64,000 nucleotides of DNA from contig CM119380.1 of assembly GCA_051294905.1 (NCBI GenBank), forward strand, positions 20,584,001-20,648,000, in the 5' to 3' direction. The position numbers were made by a program, and so were the translations under genes. The first letter of the stretch is position 1. Each line of letters begins with the position of its first letter. The stretch comes from Botryllus schlosseri (taxonomy: Eukaryota). The notes below the pieces were generated by a model, which was not told the origin of the DNA, searched no databases, and saw only the letters and a program-made list of their open reading frames with translations. Of this stretch, positions 1 to 13,214 are shown in pieces.

Positions 1-1400
1 AACCTTTTCAAAGTATTAAATTTCGAGCCGATAGTAGATTTAGGTTTCGGGACCGGTGTGAGCTTTGATAATATTGCAAGGTGAAGTCAATTTTTAGTCA
101 CCAACTCTCTCTCGCGTATTTCTCTTTGTAAGATAGTATCTGTGAATTATCCCGGTAACTATTCGTTTATGCTGTTATCTTGTGCGCGAAAGAATTTTTC
201 GTGGGCCGTGGGCAGCTTTCGTACGGATAATGTTCATTGCATATAGACATAGGCGGCCGTATACCTATCCACGTAGAATTATTAAATGGTTTCCTAAAGG
301 CGCCGTGTCGGTGAAATTTGGTTTTTGACGATTTCATTTCATTGAAACGGCATGCGAAGCGTTGAAATGAATTTGAGGAATAATGACAGAAATCTTGGAA
401 TGTTTCGTAGTTTTGTGTCGTAGTTTGCTATAGGCGTTGTCGATATAAACAGTAGATTTGCGAAATTGATTCTTATAAATACCTTAACATTCATGCGGGA
501 AATGAGGAATGTGTCGCCATGGGCGAGTGAAATCTAATAGTGTTACTGGGAAAGGTAGTGCATTATTCATAAGGCTATCGATCTGGTACTGCGCTCACCG
601 AAGTTTAGACGGCGTGGTTAAGGGGCTGGTTTTTGAATAGCGACATTATGTTCCAAATTTCCGTTTTGAAGAAGGCCACCTCCTAAATACTATTCTGAGC
701 TGGTGACATCAATCGAGTTACACTATTTACTTTATCATCTGCTCCTGTCATTTACAATTCTTAAAAGAGTGACTAGTAGTATGGAATGTTATGATAATTA
801 TCACTACATGTGGTAATGTTGTAGCGAACTCATTCCGAGTTGCTTACGTTCTGTGAGCTCTCATATGTCATAGCCGACAGCTGATCCGGTGCGTGTGGAT
901 TCTGTATCGGATTTGACCATGCATTTTTAGTGTAGGGTTAGTTCAGTGATGTTGACGTAACGCAGGTCGTCTGGTTTCATATGTAGTTAGTCCCTTAGGA
1001 ACCGTATCGATCCCACGATGCTTCAACTTTGAGGACGAACCGTGTTCACGAATCCTTATTGCTTACTATATCTTGGCATAGCATCGACGAACTCGGTTGC
1101 AGTCGTGTATTCGGCATGTTGGAGGCGTTTCAAGATTATTGGTTGTTACCAGGTTCTTTACGTAACGCTTAGCGTAGCCTATTCCCGAAAGACCTTGAAG
1201 CTGTCAATTGATGAAGTCATGCAGGCTGGTGTTAAAGGACACTGGTGACGTTCTCTGAGTTAGCACTTCGCCAGAAGCAAGAAAGCAATAAAATATCTGA
1301 CGCGACTGCTGCCAAACCAAAGTTTAGCCTCGGTAATCTTGGGAGAGCGCCGATGTACGTGTGATCGTCGAATATAGCGAAATAGCGTTGTTTTTGCGAT

Positions 1401-1506
1401 ATGGATTGGAACGAAACCGCGTGGAGCGATAGAGAGCATGGGACAGTCACTGAAAGAGAACAGGATGCCATGAATGCCTACGTGCTTGCTATGAGATGGA
1501 ATAGAG
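1401..1506 (+). CDS. Alternative first exon, plectin-1f-like (MDWNETAWSDREHGTVTEREQDAMNAYVLAMRWNR)
   Basis: ATG 1401; donor AGAG|gtgagg at 1507 is phase 1, which matches the exon-2 acceptor. EQDxxxAYx8-D spacing is the same as in plectin 1f (EQDFIQAYEEVREKYK-D, from memory). Confidence 0.7.
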
Positions 1507-2095
1507 GTGAGGTACTTGCTGTAAATGGGTATTGCGGAAGTGTGGCTGCAGAAACATCTGCCAACCAAAAATCACTTCTTTGAAAAATGAATCAGTTTTT
1601 CTGTTTTACGTGGTAAAATAGCAGATTAGTAGACGACAAACCATGAAAAATATGGTACTAATAGATGTGCTTGTGTTTTAGAAAATTCGAATGTCATCCG
1701 TTCAAGTTGTTACTGAACATCAATCATTACTCACTCGTAGGATATAAATTTAGTTTGCGATAAGTAGCCTGCCAGATTCGCAGATGCAACCGTAACGTAC
1801 AACCGCACCGTACAATTTATTGCAATTAACGCGCGATTTCTTCTACTGCTAGTCTACGGCGTTGGTCACTAGCCCATAAGTGACAGGCGCAGACAATCTT
1901 GCCTGGTCAAAAATGGCATACCGACCTGGCCTCATTTTGTTAACGCAATTCGATTTGATTTTACAGAAAAGTTTGGGAGCCACAATCCTAAAGGATGCTC
2001 TTGTGTTCTGTTAATTTTCAGTATCGCCCGCTTAAGTTGTATCGCCACATGATTTATTGAAATCATATTTTTGTAGAACGAGGCCCACTCGTATA

Positions 2096-2204
2096 ATGAA
2101 TCTCGACAAGTTCGAACCCGGGATGGCAATGTAGAATCAGTAACTATCTTCCGCCCCGGCGATTCTAACATCGCCATCCCGGGTTCGAACTTGTCGAGAT
2201 TCAT
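2096..2204. repeat. 109-nt hairpin with 43/44-bp arms and a 22-nt loop
   Basis: atgaatctcgacaagttcgaacccgggatggc... pairs with ...gccatcccgggttcgaacttgtcgagattcat. Confidence 0.8.
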
Positions 2205-2223
2205 CATTTCTGGCGGACTAGAG

Positions 2224-2957
2224 CATTGGTTTTCAGCCTGGGGTCCGTGAAGCATTTTCAGGGGATCCGCGAAACCTCCACATTTGCAAAATTGTTGATA
2301 AACTTATTTGTATATTTTTAAATCAGAGAAATCACGAGACAGTTTCGCTTCATAAATGCCAAAGCTTCAGAAATCACATAAACATAATGGCCTTCTGAGA
2401 TGAAATGTTCTACTGTGCAAACTCAGTTTGACTGCCAAATTGCCAATAGCCTGCTGAGTGCTGATACAAACATATTGCTGTTTAGAGAAGTTTTATTGGG
2501 GTTTTGAAAAAACAATGTTTGCAAATTCGATTTTCTCCTTTGATATACGTAACCGCTACTCTAGAATATCTTCAAGATGAGCTGCTAGAAATGACTAGAC
2601 TGGTTGATACATGTTCATGAAAAATCTGTTCTTTAATTATGATGTCATATATACTACGAACATATCCAAAGGATATTCGGCTCTCGCTCATATCAAATCG
2701 ACGGCGCGGATTTTCAAGACACGGTCAGTCGGCCACAGAAATGCACTTGCAGATTTCGCTTTGAAATAATATACGTCTTCCCGATTTCTACATAAATAGT
2801 AGATTAGATGTATATTTCAAGAAAAGTCGTATTGTTGTTGTTTATCACTAGCCTACAGTTAATATTTTCGCAAGAACGATGTCGGTTGCGCGACAATTGA
2901 GCTAAATTTCAACTAAAACTGAGGGGTCAGTGAAGACAAAAAGGTTGAGAACCACTG
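2224..2957 (+). mobile_element. Degenerate hAT (Charlie-type) non-autonomous element
   Basis: Ends cattggttttcagcc / ggttgagaaccactg; flanks gactagag / gacgagag (7 of 8 match). Confidence 0.65.
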
Positions 2958-5443
2958 GACGAGAGTCTTTCGCGGTATATTATATTTTTAGGTTATTTAG
3001 ATTCACGCATGTAATAAAATCGCCATATGAAATGGCCGAAGAAGCATTATGAATGTATTTTTGCTATCGTAACAGGCATATTTATGACAAAATGCTCAAT
3101 GGGAACGGCAATTGCGTAATTATATAGTTATAGATAATGATGTGGTTTTGCTGCAAAATCAAATGACTGGAAATAAATTAATACAACAAGAAATGACCCA
3201 TTGGATTAGTCACCTGCAATCTTGGTATCGCGAATTGCATTTCCGCGGCATACTTGTACCGCGTTCAAGTGTAATTTAGCGATTTGCAAGCGTTGATTAT
3301 TATCGCCATGATTGCATGTTGGGATCGTAAAGTAATCGAGTAATGACGCCTTTTGTGATTGAGTCGTAAATATTGTCGCGTGTCTGTTTTTCACTCTCTC
3401 TCTCCGTGAAAATACGGCCGTTGATGCGTGACCGTCATATTCTCTCTGAGCACACCCTGAGTAAACTGCCCGAGCCCATCTATGCTACGCCTCGCGAAAT
3501 ACCGTTCGTGTTAAGGTGGTCATTTTATGACTATTTAATCTGCGACAGGGCAACAAAATTTCAGGCATAACAGAATCGAATATTAAACAGTTGTCATATG
3601 AAGGGATGTCGACTTGACGCAGCGATGAGCGCAGTAATGATGGATTAAACTAGAGAGGCTAGCACGCTCGTTCCGTAAACGTTGTAATTCTTTCATAATG
3701 TGTAATTTGCCATGTGAGTTATGTGAAATAAGGCGTCTATAGCTGAAACTTTGTGTTGTCATATCCCTCGGAATATACCTTTGTTGGTATAGTGTCGGGC
3801 GGTACAACAACGGTATAGATCTAGGCGCGGTTAGATTTACGGGATATCGGCGGACTGATAACTATGAGAATGGAACCGTATGGTGTTGCGGTGCGAACGT
3901 TGAGTATTTATTCGCGGTGGTTGGCTATTTTGTAAAGTTTTTGAGTTATTTAGAAGAGGATTGCCACTTCAGTGTTTGGTGGCGTGGGTGTTTCTCGTTT
4001 CACTTGGAAGGGCGCGATTTAGTAGCGTGGTAGCCGAGATTTGTTTTGATGTTTGGAGGTCATAAAGAGCAAGTCTCGAATTGGATTATTAGCACTGATA
4101 AATAAACATTAGACAGCTATTCACGTAGCGAATAAGTATTGCCTAACCTTGAGTCGTCTCATAATTGTGCAAGGCTTTGGTATGACCATTGCCAAATCAG
4201 CACAGTCTTGTAACAACTATGTTGCAGATATCCATTTCTCATGCTGGCATCCCATCTACGGTGGCGGGATTTAATTGTGCAGTGCTAACTCCACTTTTGT
4301 AATCTCGCTTCAACGCTTGAATGTTTGGTTTGAGTTTGTACGTACAACCTAGTTTGTCTACCATAACATCCTGATGAGCAAATCATTCGTCATAAGAGAA
4401 GTACTTAATTTTTGCTGATCATGTGCATTTCCGCTTGTATTGTATAGTATACCTTTTTAACACGTGTTTGATATCGTCATGCTAAGCAGGCTTACTCTGG
4501 TGCAGCCATACGCTTCATACATGTGACAGTACTGCAAAGCGATGTATTACTGCCTTGATTTAATGGTAAACTCATTTCGTAAACTGGATTGATCCGTTCG
4601 TAAATTACATTGTCCTGATCAATTCAACCGTTATGAACATTGTCCTCTCCAATACTATGCCAGTGCGGCAATGCTATTACTTCGCTTGTGCTGTGATTAA
4701 AATTCCGCATATGCCATTGAAGGACATCTGCGTTTTGTTTGACTGAAAAGTGTCGAGTTTCAGGAATTCATACTAAATAATGTAGAGTTGATGTTGATAC
4801 GAAGTACTGTTCCTCATAGCATGAAGCCTCGGGCACACTCGTTGTATTGCTGGCGTGTGTGGTGCCTTGCGGTGGATGGAATTCTCCCGACGGTAGCCGG
4901 TCTAATGAAGGCAGATAGCGTAAGGTCGCTGCTATCTAATACAGTGATCTAAGTTGTTGTTCAAAGCTAATGATTTACTAAAGATGGTCTGAATTCTTCA
5001 GTAGTGAGATGATTTGTAAGTCTACGTGTTCTTTTGCAGGTCTCGAGTGCCACATTGTTTACCAATTCGGCAATTCGTTTTTTGTTGCCTTTAAGTGACA
5101 TTTAGCATCTTGATATCAGTATGATTTGTCGCAAGCGTCATATTCTGTGATAAGTCCAGGAAATTGCGGTTTATGAAGCACCGTACAGTAATTTAATCGC
5201 TGAATATTAACTGCATTCAAAGCGCTAATTCGAGGTTCAACGTAGCAGCCACGATATCACTGTGTGTAGTGTAGTGTAGGCCTCTCGGGACGTCGCAAAC
5301 TGAACTGCAGCATTGTAAGGATGGGAGTTGGATACCTCAGTCAGCTGCGTATCTAACAGTCAAGCGTTTAGCAGTATACTCACCGTTGATCTTGGAAGTA
5401 TCCTGATAGCAATCCGTAGAGTGGATACCCCAAGAAAACCACA

Positions 5444-5516
5444 ATGGCGCAGCACTCGTATATAAGATCTTCCAGAGGATCTGATGTTATGGCAACCGTC
5501 ATTGTGAAATACTGCG
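5444..5516 (+). CDS. Alternative first exon, plectin-1a-like (MAQHSYIRSSRGSDVMATVIVKYC)
   Basis: ACAATGG Kozak after an in-frame stop; consensus donor G|GTAAGT at 5517, phase 1; MAQH resembles the plectin 1a start MSQH. Confidence 0.55.
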
Positions 5517-7856
5517 GTAAGTATACACGATATTTATCCCCCGACAGCTTACTATCCATAAAATAACATTGGGAATCGAACGCTTCGCGATGTGAATGTT
5601 TCTTCGTGGTTTGTATGCGCTTGTTCTCCCGTAGATTTCGTTAGACCTAAGCAATTATTATCCAAATGGCCTTTTTCATCTCCTATGTTATTTCATTTGC
5701 TTTACGGATTGTGTGTGCATCGCTCTTTTTCGAATGTTTTACCGCGTAATAAGTCTTTTAAATAATACATAACCAGCAACTGTACCTCGTTCCGGTGAGT
5801 GTGTCGCTGCCTGTGCACATATGTACATAACAGGGCGTTATCTGTCTTCGGGTATTAGACGAAATTCATAGTTTGTCAAACGCCGGTAGACATAGTAAAT
5901 TCAATGGAACTAATAGGCCGTGAAGAAGGAATCATTTTATTGTGCGTTTGATATGTCGAGGTCGGAGAGTTATCCGTTATGAGATAGAATCTGTCTGGTA
6001 GATGATGGGAGCATTCGAAGTTGGCGACAATACGCCCCACGTTTTTCGTGTCTGCAATGCGGAATTTGTATTGTTTGCAATGTCATTTATGCAGAGGCAG
6101 TGTAGGCAGTTTGTTGAGTGCTGGTTGGAACATATTCAGTATAGTAAATGCGGGACCGCCAGGCACTGCCGTGGTAATACTACGAATTGCAATTGTCGGA
6201 CTGGGTTCGTGGTATTGGTTCAATTACCGTATGCAATATCTGTGCAAAGCCAAGATAATCGGGTTTAAAAGTCAGCAGTGAAAGCCACGTGCGCGCCCCA
6301 GTAAATCAGCTCATAGCTTATGAACTGTTAACGTAATTTTGAAATCGATGCAATAATCTGTTTATAGATAACCATTCAATCTCCGTGATCCTTATTACCA
6401 ATAGAAACAAATTTTTATAATTTAAAATATACTTTAGTGAAAAATACGGCATGGAGTAGCGTAGCCGTAGTAGGGGGCGACAGATTCCTTTGCCGTACAA
6501 TTTCCGACTCGCGCACTGCGGCGTCATCGTTGTCACTGCGTCACAACGTGGTCGTGACGTCACATAATCGTCGAAACATGTTTTTTCTGTCGTCTTTTCT
6601 CAAATTTTCATTCCGACTACGCCCATGGGCATGACATACTTACACTGAAGCGTGAACCGATGCGCCAAAATATCGCGCTGCGGCGCGAATGTCGTAGTAT
6701 ACTTCGATAATTATATCAATTTCACCTAATATCCCATCCATGGGCTCCATCACTTCAACTATCTATCAGTCGTAAAGAAATCGCAGTGGTCACGAGCAGG
6801 GGCGTAGACAGGGGGGTAGAATTGAAGAACGTTCTACCCCCTTCCAGGCTCGATTCTATCCCCTTCCAGGCTCGATTCTATCCCGAAAATCCCAAGTCAA
6901 CGCTATTGCTATAACAACATTTCTTCACGTTATCGCCTAATTTCAACTTGCTGCGCGCGACGCCGATCGCCGACGCTGATTACATGCCTTTTTCTCGTCG
7001 ATCTCTCGTCTATGGAAGCGCGTCTATGCAAGCGTGAAAGAGGCACTGTTACATTTTTCTCTCGGCGAGGGTTAGCGATCAGCTTAATCCCTTTATTCTG
7101 AATGCAGCCGTCGCGCAATAATAACATTTGTCGCGTCGTTCACGTGTTGTTTTCTCATCAACAGTTCATTGTAAACGATAACGAACATTAATAACATGAA
7201 AATAACAACTTATAACTGAATGAAATCATGTTTTAAAGCAATCGCATCTAATTCGTGCTTTGCCGAACTCAAGCCTGTTCCCCAAAACAGCGTGAAGACA
7301 CAATACATTCGATTCGGGTTTTATTTTTGACGCCATTGTTGTGCATTGTCTTAACCTCAATGACCAATTGACCATGTATACGTCATACTAGATTATGCCT
7401 TTAGTGATCGGTATCCCACCGGGACGCATTCAGCCTTCAATAGCCGAATAAGTCATTATTCACACGCCGGTACAATTAGTATGTGCGCTATATTCGAAAT
7501 GAATGGAATTAAAACGCCGAGAAGACGTTACTCTTACACGCGAATTGAATCATGTCAAAATTCATGAAGATATAACAGATTCTGCGCTGTATAGATTCGT
7601 GTTCGTCGTGAAATGTTGTTCTGGTATTGTTTCAAGGTCGATTACTTATTTGAATACAAATAAGATCTCCTGCACTGTCACGGGATGAGCGCGTGCGCAT
7701 CGTAACATGATCCCCGTGCAAGTTGTTGATTGCTAACAAGATCCCCGTGCAGGCTGTTGATTGCTAACTCGCTTTCAGTAATTAGATCCGCCAATTAGTT
7801 ACGCTTTCAAAAGCGTACGTACGGAATACAGAAGTCGCTATCGCTATAGGTATGAC

Positions 7857-10800
7857 CAGGGCCTACTATATTCACGGCCTTATCTGGTACAGAACAACGG
7901 CAAGAGCTAACAGGCCGATGCTCATAAAACATACATCAGCGATTATGTATACGATTTCGCTTTTCGCTACCAGACACCTTTCCTCAGATAAGTCTAATAG
8001 AGCCGTATAACAGGCGAAAGCCGTACTTCCACGCTAAAGAACACAAAGTGACTAGTGACAGCGTCGCAGATGCAGTTATCCACCAAGTAAGCTAACTATT
8101 AAGAATACCCCGACTTGCTCAATGCTCATGCAAAGTATTTTATTGCATGGAAAACAATGCACGTGAAGAATAAATTGGTAAAAACGAACATGTGGCTTAG
8201 TCATATAAGCTTCGATAACTAGTACTGTTCATCAAATGTATCACTGAAGTATGTAAGCTACGTTTTGCTCAATTGCCGTTTTTTAAAATCCTTCACACCG
8301 TCTTTTCTCACAGAAGCATTTACCAGCTTCTGCTTGTTATTGTAATATATGTTCACAATAATTTTGCTGGCTAATTTCAAAGCTCGATCTCGATGATCGT
8401 AACATGCAAAGTGCAAGGCCCTCCCAAAACGATGCAAAACATATTCGCCAGCTTCCCTCACTGCAACCCGAGGATGAGAGCAGATTATTTTATCAGAACC
8501 ATCTAGGATTGAAAAAGCGGATGCAACAAACTTAGCGAGTGGTTCTGAAGGAGCAAGCAGTCCCCCACGATCGAGTAAATCGAAATAACGTGAACTTGCG
8601 CAATCAAAGTCATCACAAAATAACTCAGAACATATTTCACAAGCCAATTTTGCGAGGACCTTCTTACCAATGTACCCTGCAACAACATACGAAACCTCCT
8701 CACTGTCAGGAGATAAAACTGATCCGGTAATTTCAGTAGCCACACCTTCAATGACTTGTTTGAAATGATCAAAATGTGTTGAACTTGAAACACCAATATC
8801 ATGCTCCCAGTAATTAATGTCAATTTTTAGGATGGAACGGAGAAGTATTATCTTTTCAGAATTGGTAACTACTGTCAAACCAACCAGAAACCTCCCCCCA
8901 CTCATTTGCCTATACCGTGAGAACCTTCTTTCAATAGGATAACTTTGGAATTTTCTCAGAACCACATATTCATACCCCTCTGTTAACAAGTCTTTCATCA
9001 GCAGCGATTGTGACTGCAGGGTTTCAATCAGAGCATTGAAGGTTTGCTTTGACAAACAATAATTCTGGGGGTTTTATCCATTCCATTTTATCAGCCAATT
9101 AGCGAAATCTTGTAGTAAATTGATTTTGCTATCTTGTGGGACCACTGCTTCGGCCAAGGGGTTTCCTGAATTTCTGTTACAGGAATTTACAATTGTCCAC
9201 CAAGCATTAATAAGACTCAAAAATGAAGCAATATCTTCCCTGTGAGGCAAGTAACTTTTGCAAGCTGCAATGGTCGACTCATGGGATGGAGCAAGAGCTA
9301 AATTGACATTTTGTTTGTTATTGCTTGGATGCAATGAGGCAAACGTTAATTTTGGCGCTTTACGTAAATTCGAATCCAGCTTATCGTCACAATCTCTGAT
9401 TTTGTAAAGATCGCTCCATGCAATGAATCCACCAGGCGATGATATACTCAAAGAATCAACGGTGAATGAGAATGGAGGAAAAACAAATTTTTTGGCTCGG
9501 AGCAAATTGTTCCGAATGTTCTTTACAAGATGGACATTATCAAAAAATAGATACGTTTCTTGGCGCAGGTTGGATGATGAAGAGAGAACTCATCATTGCC
9601 AGGGTATTTTTCTCTCATTATTGAAAATGCTTTTACATTGGATGGATGATTATCCGACACAAGTCCTCGAACAAAAAATCCATGGCGATTGAGAGTAGCA
9701 ATACAATCCAGCAATTCGTCTGCTAACCATTTCCCCGAAATTTCGATCTCTGGCAGTGCTTTCACCACTATTGATGTTGATTTTTGGAGACCATTGACCA
9801 TCATTACAACAATACCTTTATATAGGTAACCACTTTCATCTGCTCCATAATATTTACCAGCATGATATTGAACACCTTTCTGTAAGTACATCTCATCTAT
9901 CATCAAAATTATATCAGTGGAGATTTCTCCCTTTTCTTTCATAATTTCCAGAACTTTAACCGCGTCAAAGCTCCCTTTGCTGTATCGGCTCAAGGTTGAC
10001 ATTGACGGAAAGGGAAAGCTTCTTGTAAGCATTTTATAAGCTTGTGCAGATGTGTACCGAAGTAGTAGAGCAAAACGAATCATTTCGGATGAATATCGAA
10101 TATGAGCATGGCCATCAGTCTTGTAATATATTTGATTTTGAAGCTCGTCCAGTAAACTGTGCTGGGAATTTTCACGGAGATTTTTGAGATATTGCGGAAA
10201 GTTGAGTAAAGCACTATAAATCTAGTCAGGGTAGCATTGGTGCCTTGTGTGAACCAAGGTGGCAAGGGAACATTCTTTCCATCACACTGCAATTTGACAT
10301 GCAACTTATCATCTTTGACACCTTTGGGAAATCATTGAATTCCAAATGGTAGAAAATCACATATTCATTATCTCTTTTGTACATGGTATAGCCTTGTGGA
10401 GCATGTGACTCAGTCAAATCTGATAAGCTGCTTATTTTATCGGCCAGCTTGAAATCTTTCAACTCATCTTTCTGGAATATCCTTTCCTTTGATGGTTTTC
10501 TGCAAGGAGACACAGTCGGGATCAGCGAAGGCCGTTGCAGCTCCTGCTCGGATCGAATGGAAGGGACTGGCGTTCTATCCCAAAGTAGCTTTTTTCGTAA
10601 GCCACAGTCTTTGATGTACTTTGCTTCTAAGTGCAACGCACAAATTACAGAATTCTTAGTTGGCTTCCAATCGCGTCTATTCACAAAAGCTGTCCATTTC
10701 ATTAGTAACTCCGTATCATCAAATGGAAATTGAAACGACGAAACTTTTTTCTTAGTTGTCAAGTATCCAGACTTACAACCATAAACACAGCACTTGTTGA

Positions 10801-11345
10801 CCATTATCGATTATTTAGCCATAAGCCAAACCTGATTCACCAAGTATACAATCAGTCACTGAACTACCATCGCAATTTCTTAAAATATTGTGGTGTGCGT
10901 GCGTAATATCGCAACATAAAGAATTATTTACCAACTGCATAACGGCATCTTACCTCATGCTATAAGCCGTTCAAAACGGCAGCTAAACCTATCTCCACTA
11001 CAATAAGGAAACAGTCGTCCCTGTAGTATTAGTTAGTCACAGTATCATTCTATAACAATTCAAACTAAGGGGACTGCTTCATAGTAGCACAATCGCATTA
11101 CGGTAGCCTACCTTATACTATAAGATGGTCTAATACCATAAGATGGTCAAAGCTCATAACATCCCTTCTACTCGAGAACTCGCTGAAGAATGAAAACTGC
11201 GCGCTTCAAAACGCGAGGAGTCTGTCATGAGAAGCGAAATCAAAACAATTCCTGAGTCAATCGCTGATGTCTGTTTTGCAGCGTCGGCCTGTTAGCTCTT
11301 TCAAGTGTTTTGTGGGAGATAAGGCCATGAATATAGTAGGCCCTG
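7857..11345 (-). mobile_element. P-superfamily DNA transposon (THAP9-like), ~3.5 kb
   Basis: 29-bp TIRs (cagggcctactatattcacggccttatct; 1 mismatch) at 7857-7885 and 11317-11345; 7-bp TSD GTATGAC at 7850-7856 and 11346-11352; 20-bp subterminal inverted repeat at 7902-7921 and 11281-11300. Confidence 0.92.
8258..10804 (-). pseudogene. Frameshifted THAP-domain P-element transposase
   Basis: THAP finger MVNKCCVYGC..F.FP..W..F..R..W.P..VICALH; motifs MIDEMYLQK, VSDNHPSN, LRKFQSYPIERRFSRYRQMSGG; split across five ORF pieces (10226-10804, 10080-10304, 9523-10083, 9074-9505, 8258-9055). Confidence 0.9.
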
Positions 11346-12202
11346 GTATGACGCATAGAGGCTCATTCTGCCCCCTTTATTCAGTTCTACCCCCTTTTCA
11401 TCTCGGCTGGCTACGCCCCTGGTCACGAGCAATCAGCATTGCCGACCGCCGGCATTGGATTCTTGAAATTGAAATGTCCCGCCAAGCATGTTGTATTTGG
11501 CCCCTTTTCAGCCAGTTTCCGGTGAATGATAAGATTTAAAGGAGCACAACATGGAGATACTTCCAAGCAAAACATCGTTGTATCTCTCAATTAGGCGTTC
11601 GTATTCGATAGTGGACCTCAAACCTCGCTACCAAAGCTAGTTTGCGCCACATAACTATGGGGTTGGTGCTCGCGTCATTTTAGGTGTTATCGACTCTCTT
11701 CGTATTCGGAATAAACGGTATCAAATGAACTGAACCGTGCCGCGTCCATAATTCAAAGCGATGCGTGCCCATGTAGACTTCGCAAAGAAAGTCAAGTACC
11801 GCCCACGATCATATCGATTTTTTTTTGCTGTGCCTCTGACGTCAGATGGTACCGTGTCGAGCGCAAGATTTAAGCCTCGTCGAGTGCCGGTGTTATTTTC
11901 TAGTAGGTCGCTAAACCGAGCGTCCTTCAGTGTCGGATTTAATACGCCGTGTTTCGCCGTAGCCTCCGGCGCCGCTTCATAGAACTGCCACGAACTGTGT
12001 TTATGCGTCAAGCGCATGACGATATCAGATATTGGCAATTGACACTATATGCGAGTTGTTGACACGCTCGTAGCTGCGTTGGATTAGGTGCTCGCATTAT
12101 CGGAGATCGTTGCAATTGAGTAGGTGGCAGGACTGGCAGAAATTATTGGTGATGCACCGCGTCTTAATGTCAGTGTTATTCATTTAGTTAACGTGATCAG
12201 TA

Positions 12203-13214
12203 ATGTTGATGCCTAAAGGCCATTTAGTGGCCATATACCAATCGCTGTTCGAAGACGGGGTTTGCGTAGCGCACAAATCCACTCGCGGTAACCACGAGAC
12301 TATCACGATAAACGGAGGACCTATTCCGAACCTGCACGTTGTCAAAGCGATGCAGTCTCTAGTATCGAAAGGGATTGTGAAGCAAACATTTTGCTGGAGA
12401 CATTATTACTGGACTCTGACCGATTCCGGGATTCAATACGTGAGAGAGTATCTGAATTTACCTCCTGAAGTGGTCCCGAGCACTTTGAGGCGAGGAGTTA
12501 AACCACGAGCAGGAATGGGGCGAGGTAGGGTACAGTCGGCGCAGAGTACCTCTGCAGCAGGCGACGGCAGAAATGTGTACAGATCAAAGACAGAACCCGC
12601 TAGACCCGCGTATGGCCGTGGCCGGGATAAGATCGCAGAGGCCGGTGCCGGCCCCAACGCCACGTTCGGATTCAGTCCACGCGAACCGACCATGGAATTT
12701 CGCGGCGGATACCGGAAGAATGACAAGCGAGAGCAAAGCGCGCCGAATGGATACGACCCATCGTACAATGGATCGTGGAGGCGTGTAGACAAAGCCAGCG
12801 AAGCGTCTAATAAGGTAGTTACCGAGAGAGGGGCCGTCAATAGAACCCAGTTCAATCAAGTCAGCAGCAAGGATTCAACTGCAGATAACCAGAACGAATA
12901 TACTGCTCAATTTAGCCGTTCGGAAACTCTGTTATCAGGACAAGGGGTAGCGGCGACTGTAGTGCAGCACCGCGAGGTTCACACTTCCGTCACTGAGACA
13001 CGAGAACGTTATGTAAAGCATACGGAATCGCTACAATTTTCGAGTCCGCGCGAAGAGGAAAATTCCGGTCAGGGATCGGAGAATCACAGGTGGGATAAAG
13101 AAGAGAACGAGGAGGAGGACGAGGAGGACATGGATAGATGGAGGTCCAGGAGGGCGGCTTCCGAAAATCCGGATTTCGAGCACGGCTTCGAATCGAAAAT
13201 AGACGAGGGCAGAG
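12203..13214 (+). CDS. PLEC: Alternative first exon with plectin/S10 (RPS10-like) domain; plectin isoform-1 type
   Basis: [63 protein letters not shown]; donor AGAG|gttaag, phase 1, joins exon 2 to give [11 protein letters not shown]. Confidence 0.85.

Larger units (their letters stand above)
6797..11421. mobile_element. Non-autonomous hAT-like element (~1.1 kb of own sequence) hosting the P element
   Basis: TIRs caggggcgtagacag / ctggctacgcccctg; 8-bp TSD GTCACGAG at 6789-6796 and 11422-11429. Confidence 0.85.

Noticed and set aside
2120-2195. tRNA gene (GGTTCGAA motif)
   Set aside because: No cloverleaf; the motif is part of an inverted repeat.
5777-5794. Strong donor CCG|GTGAGT as another first exon
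   Set aside because: No in-frame ATG; at best a UTR exon or microexon with a poor acceptor.
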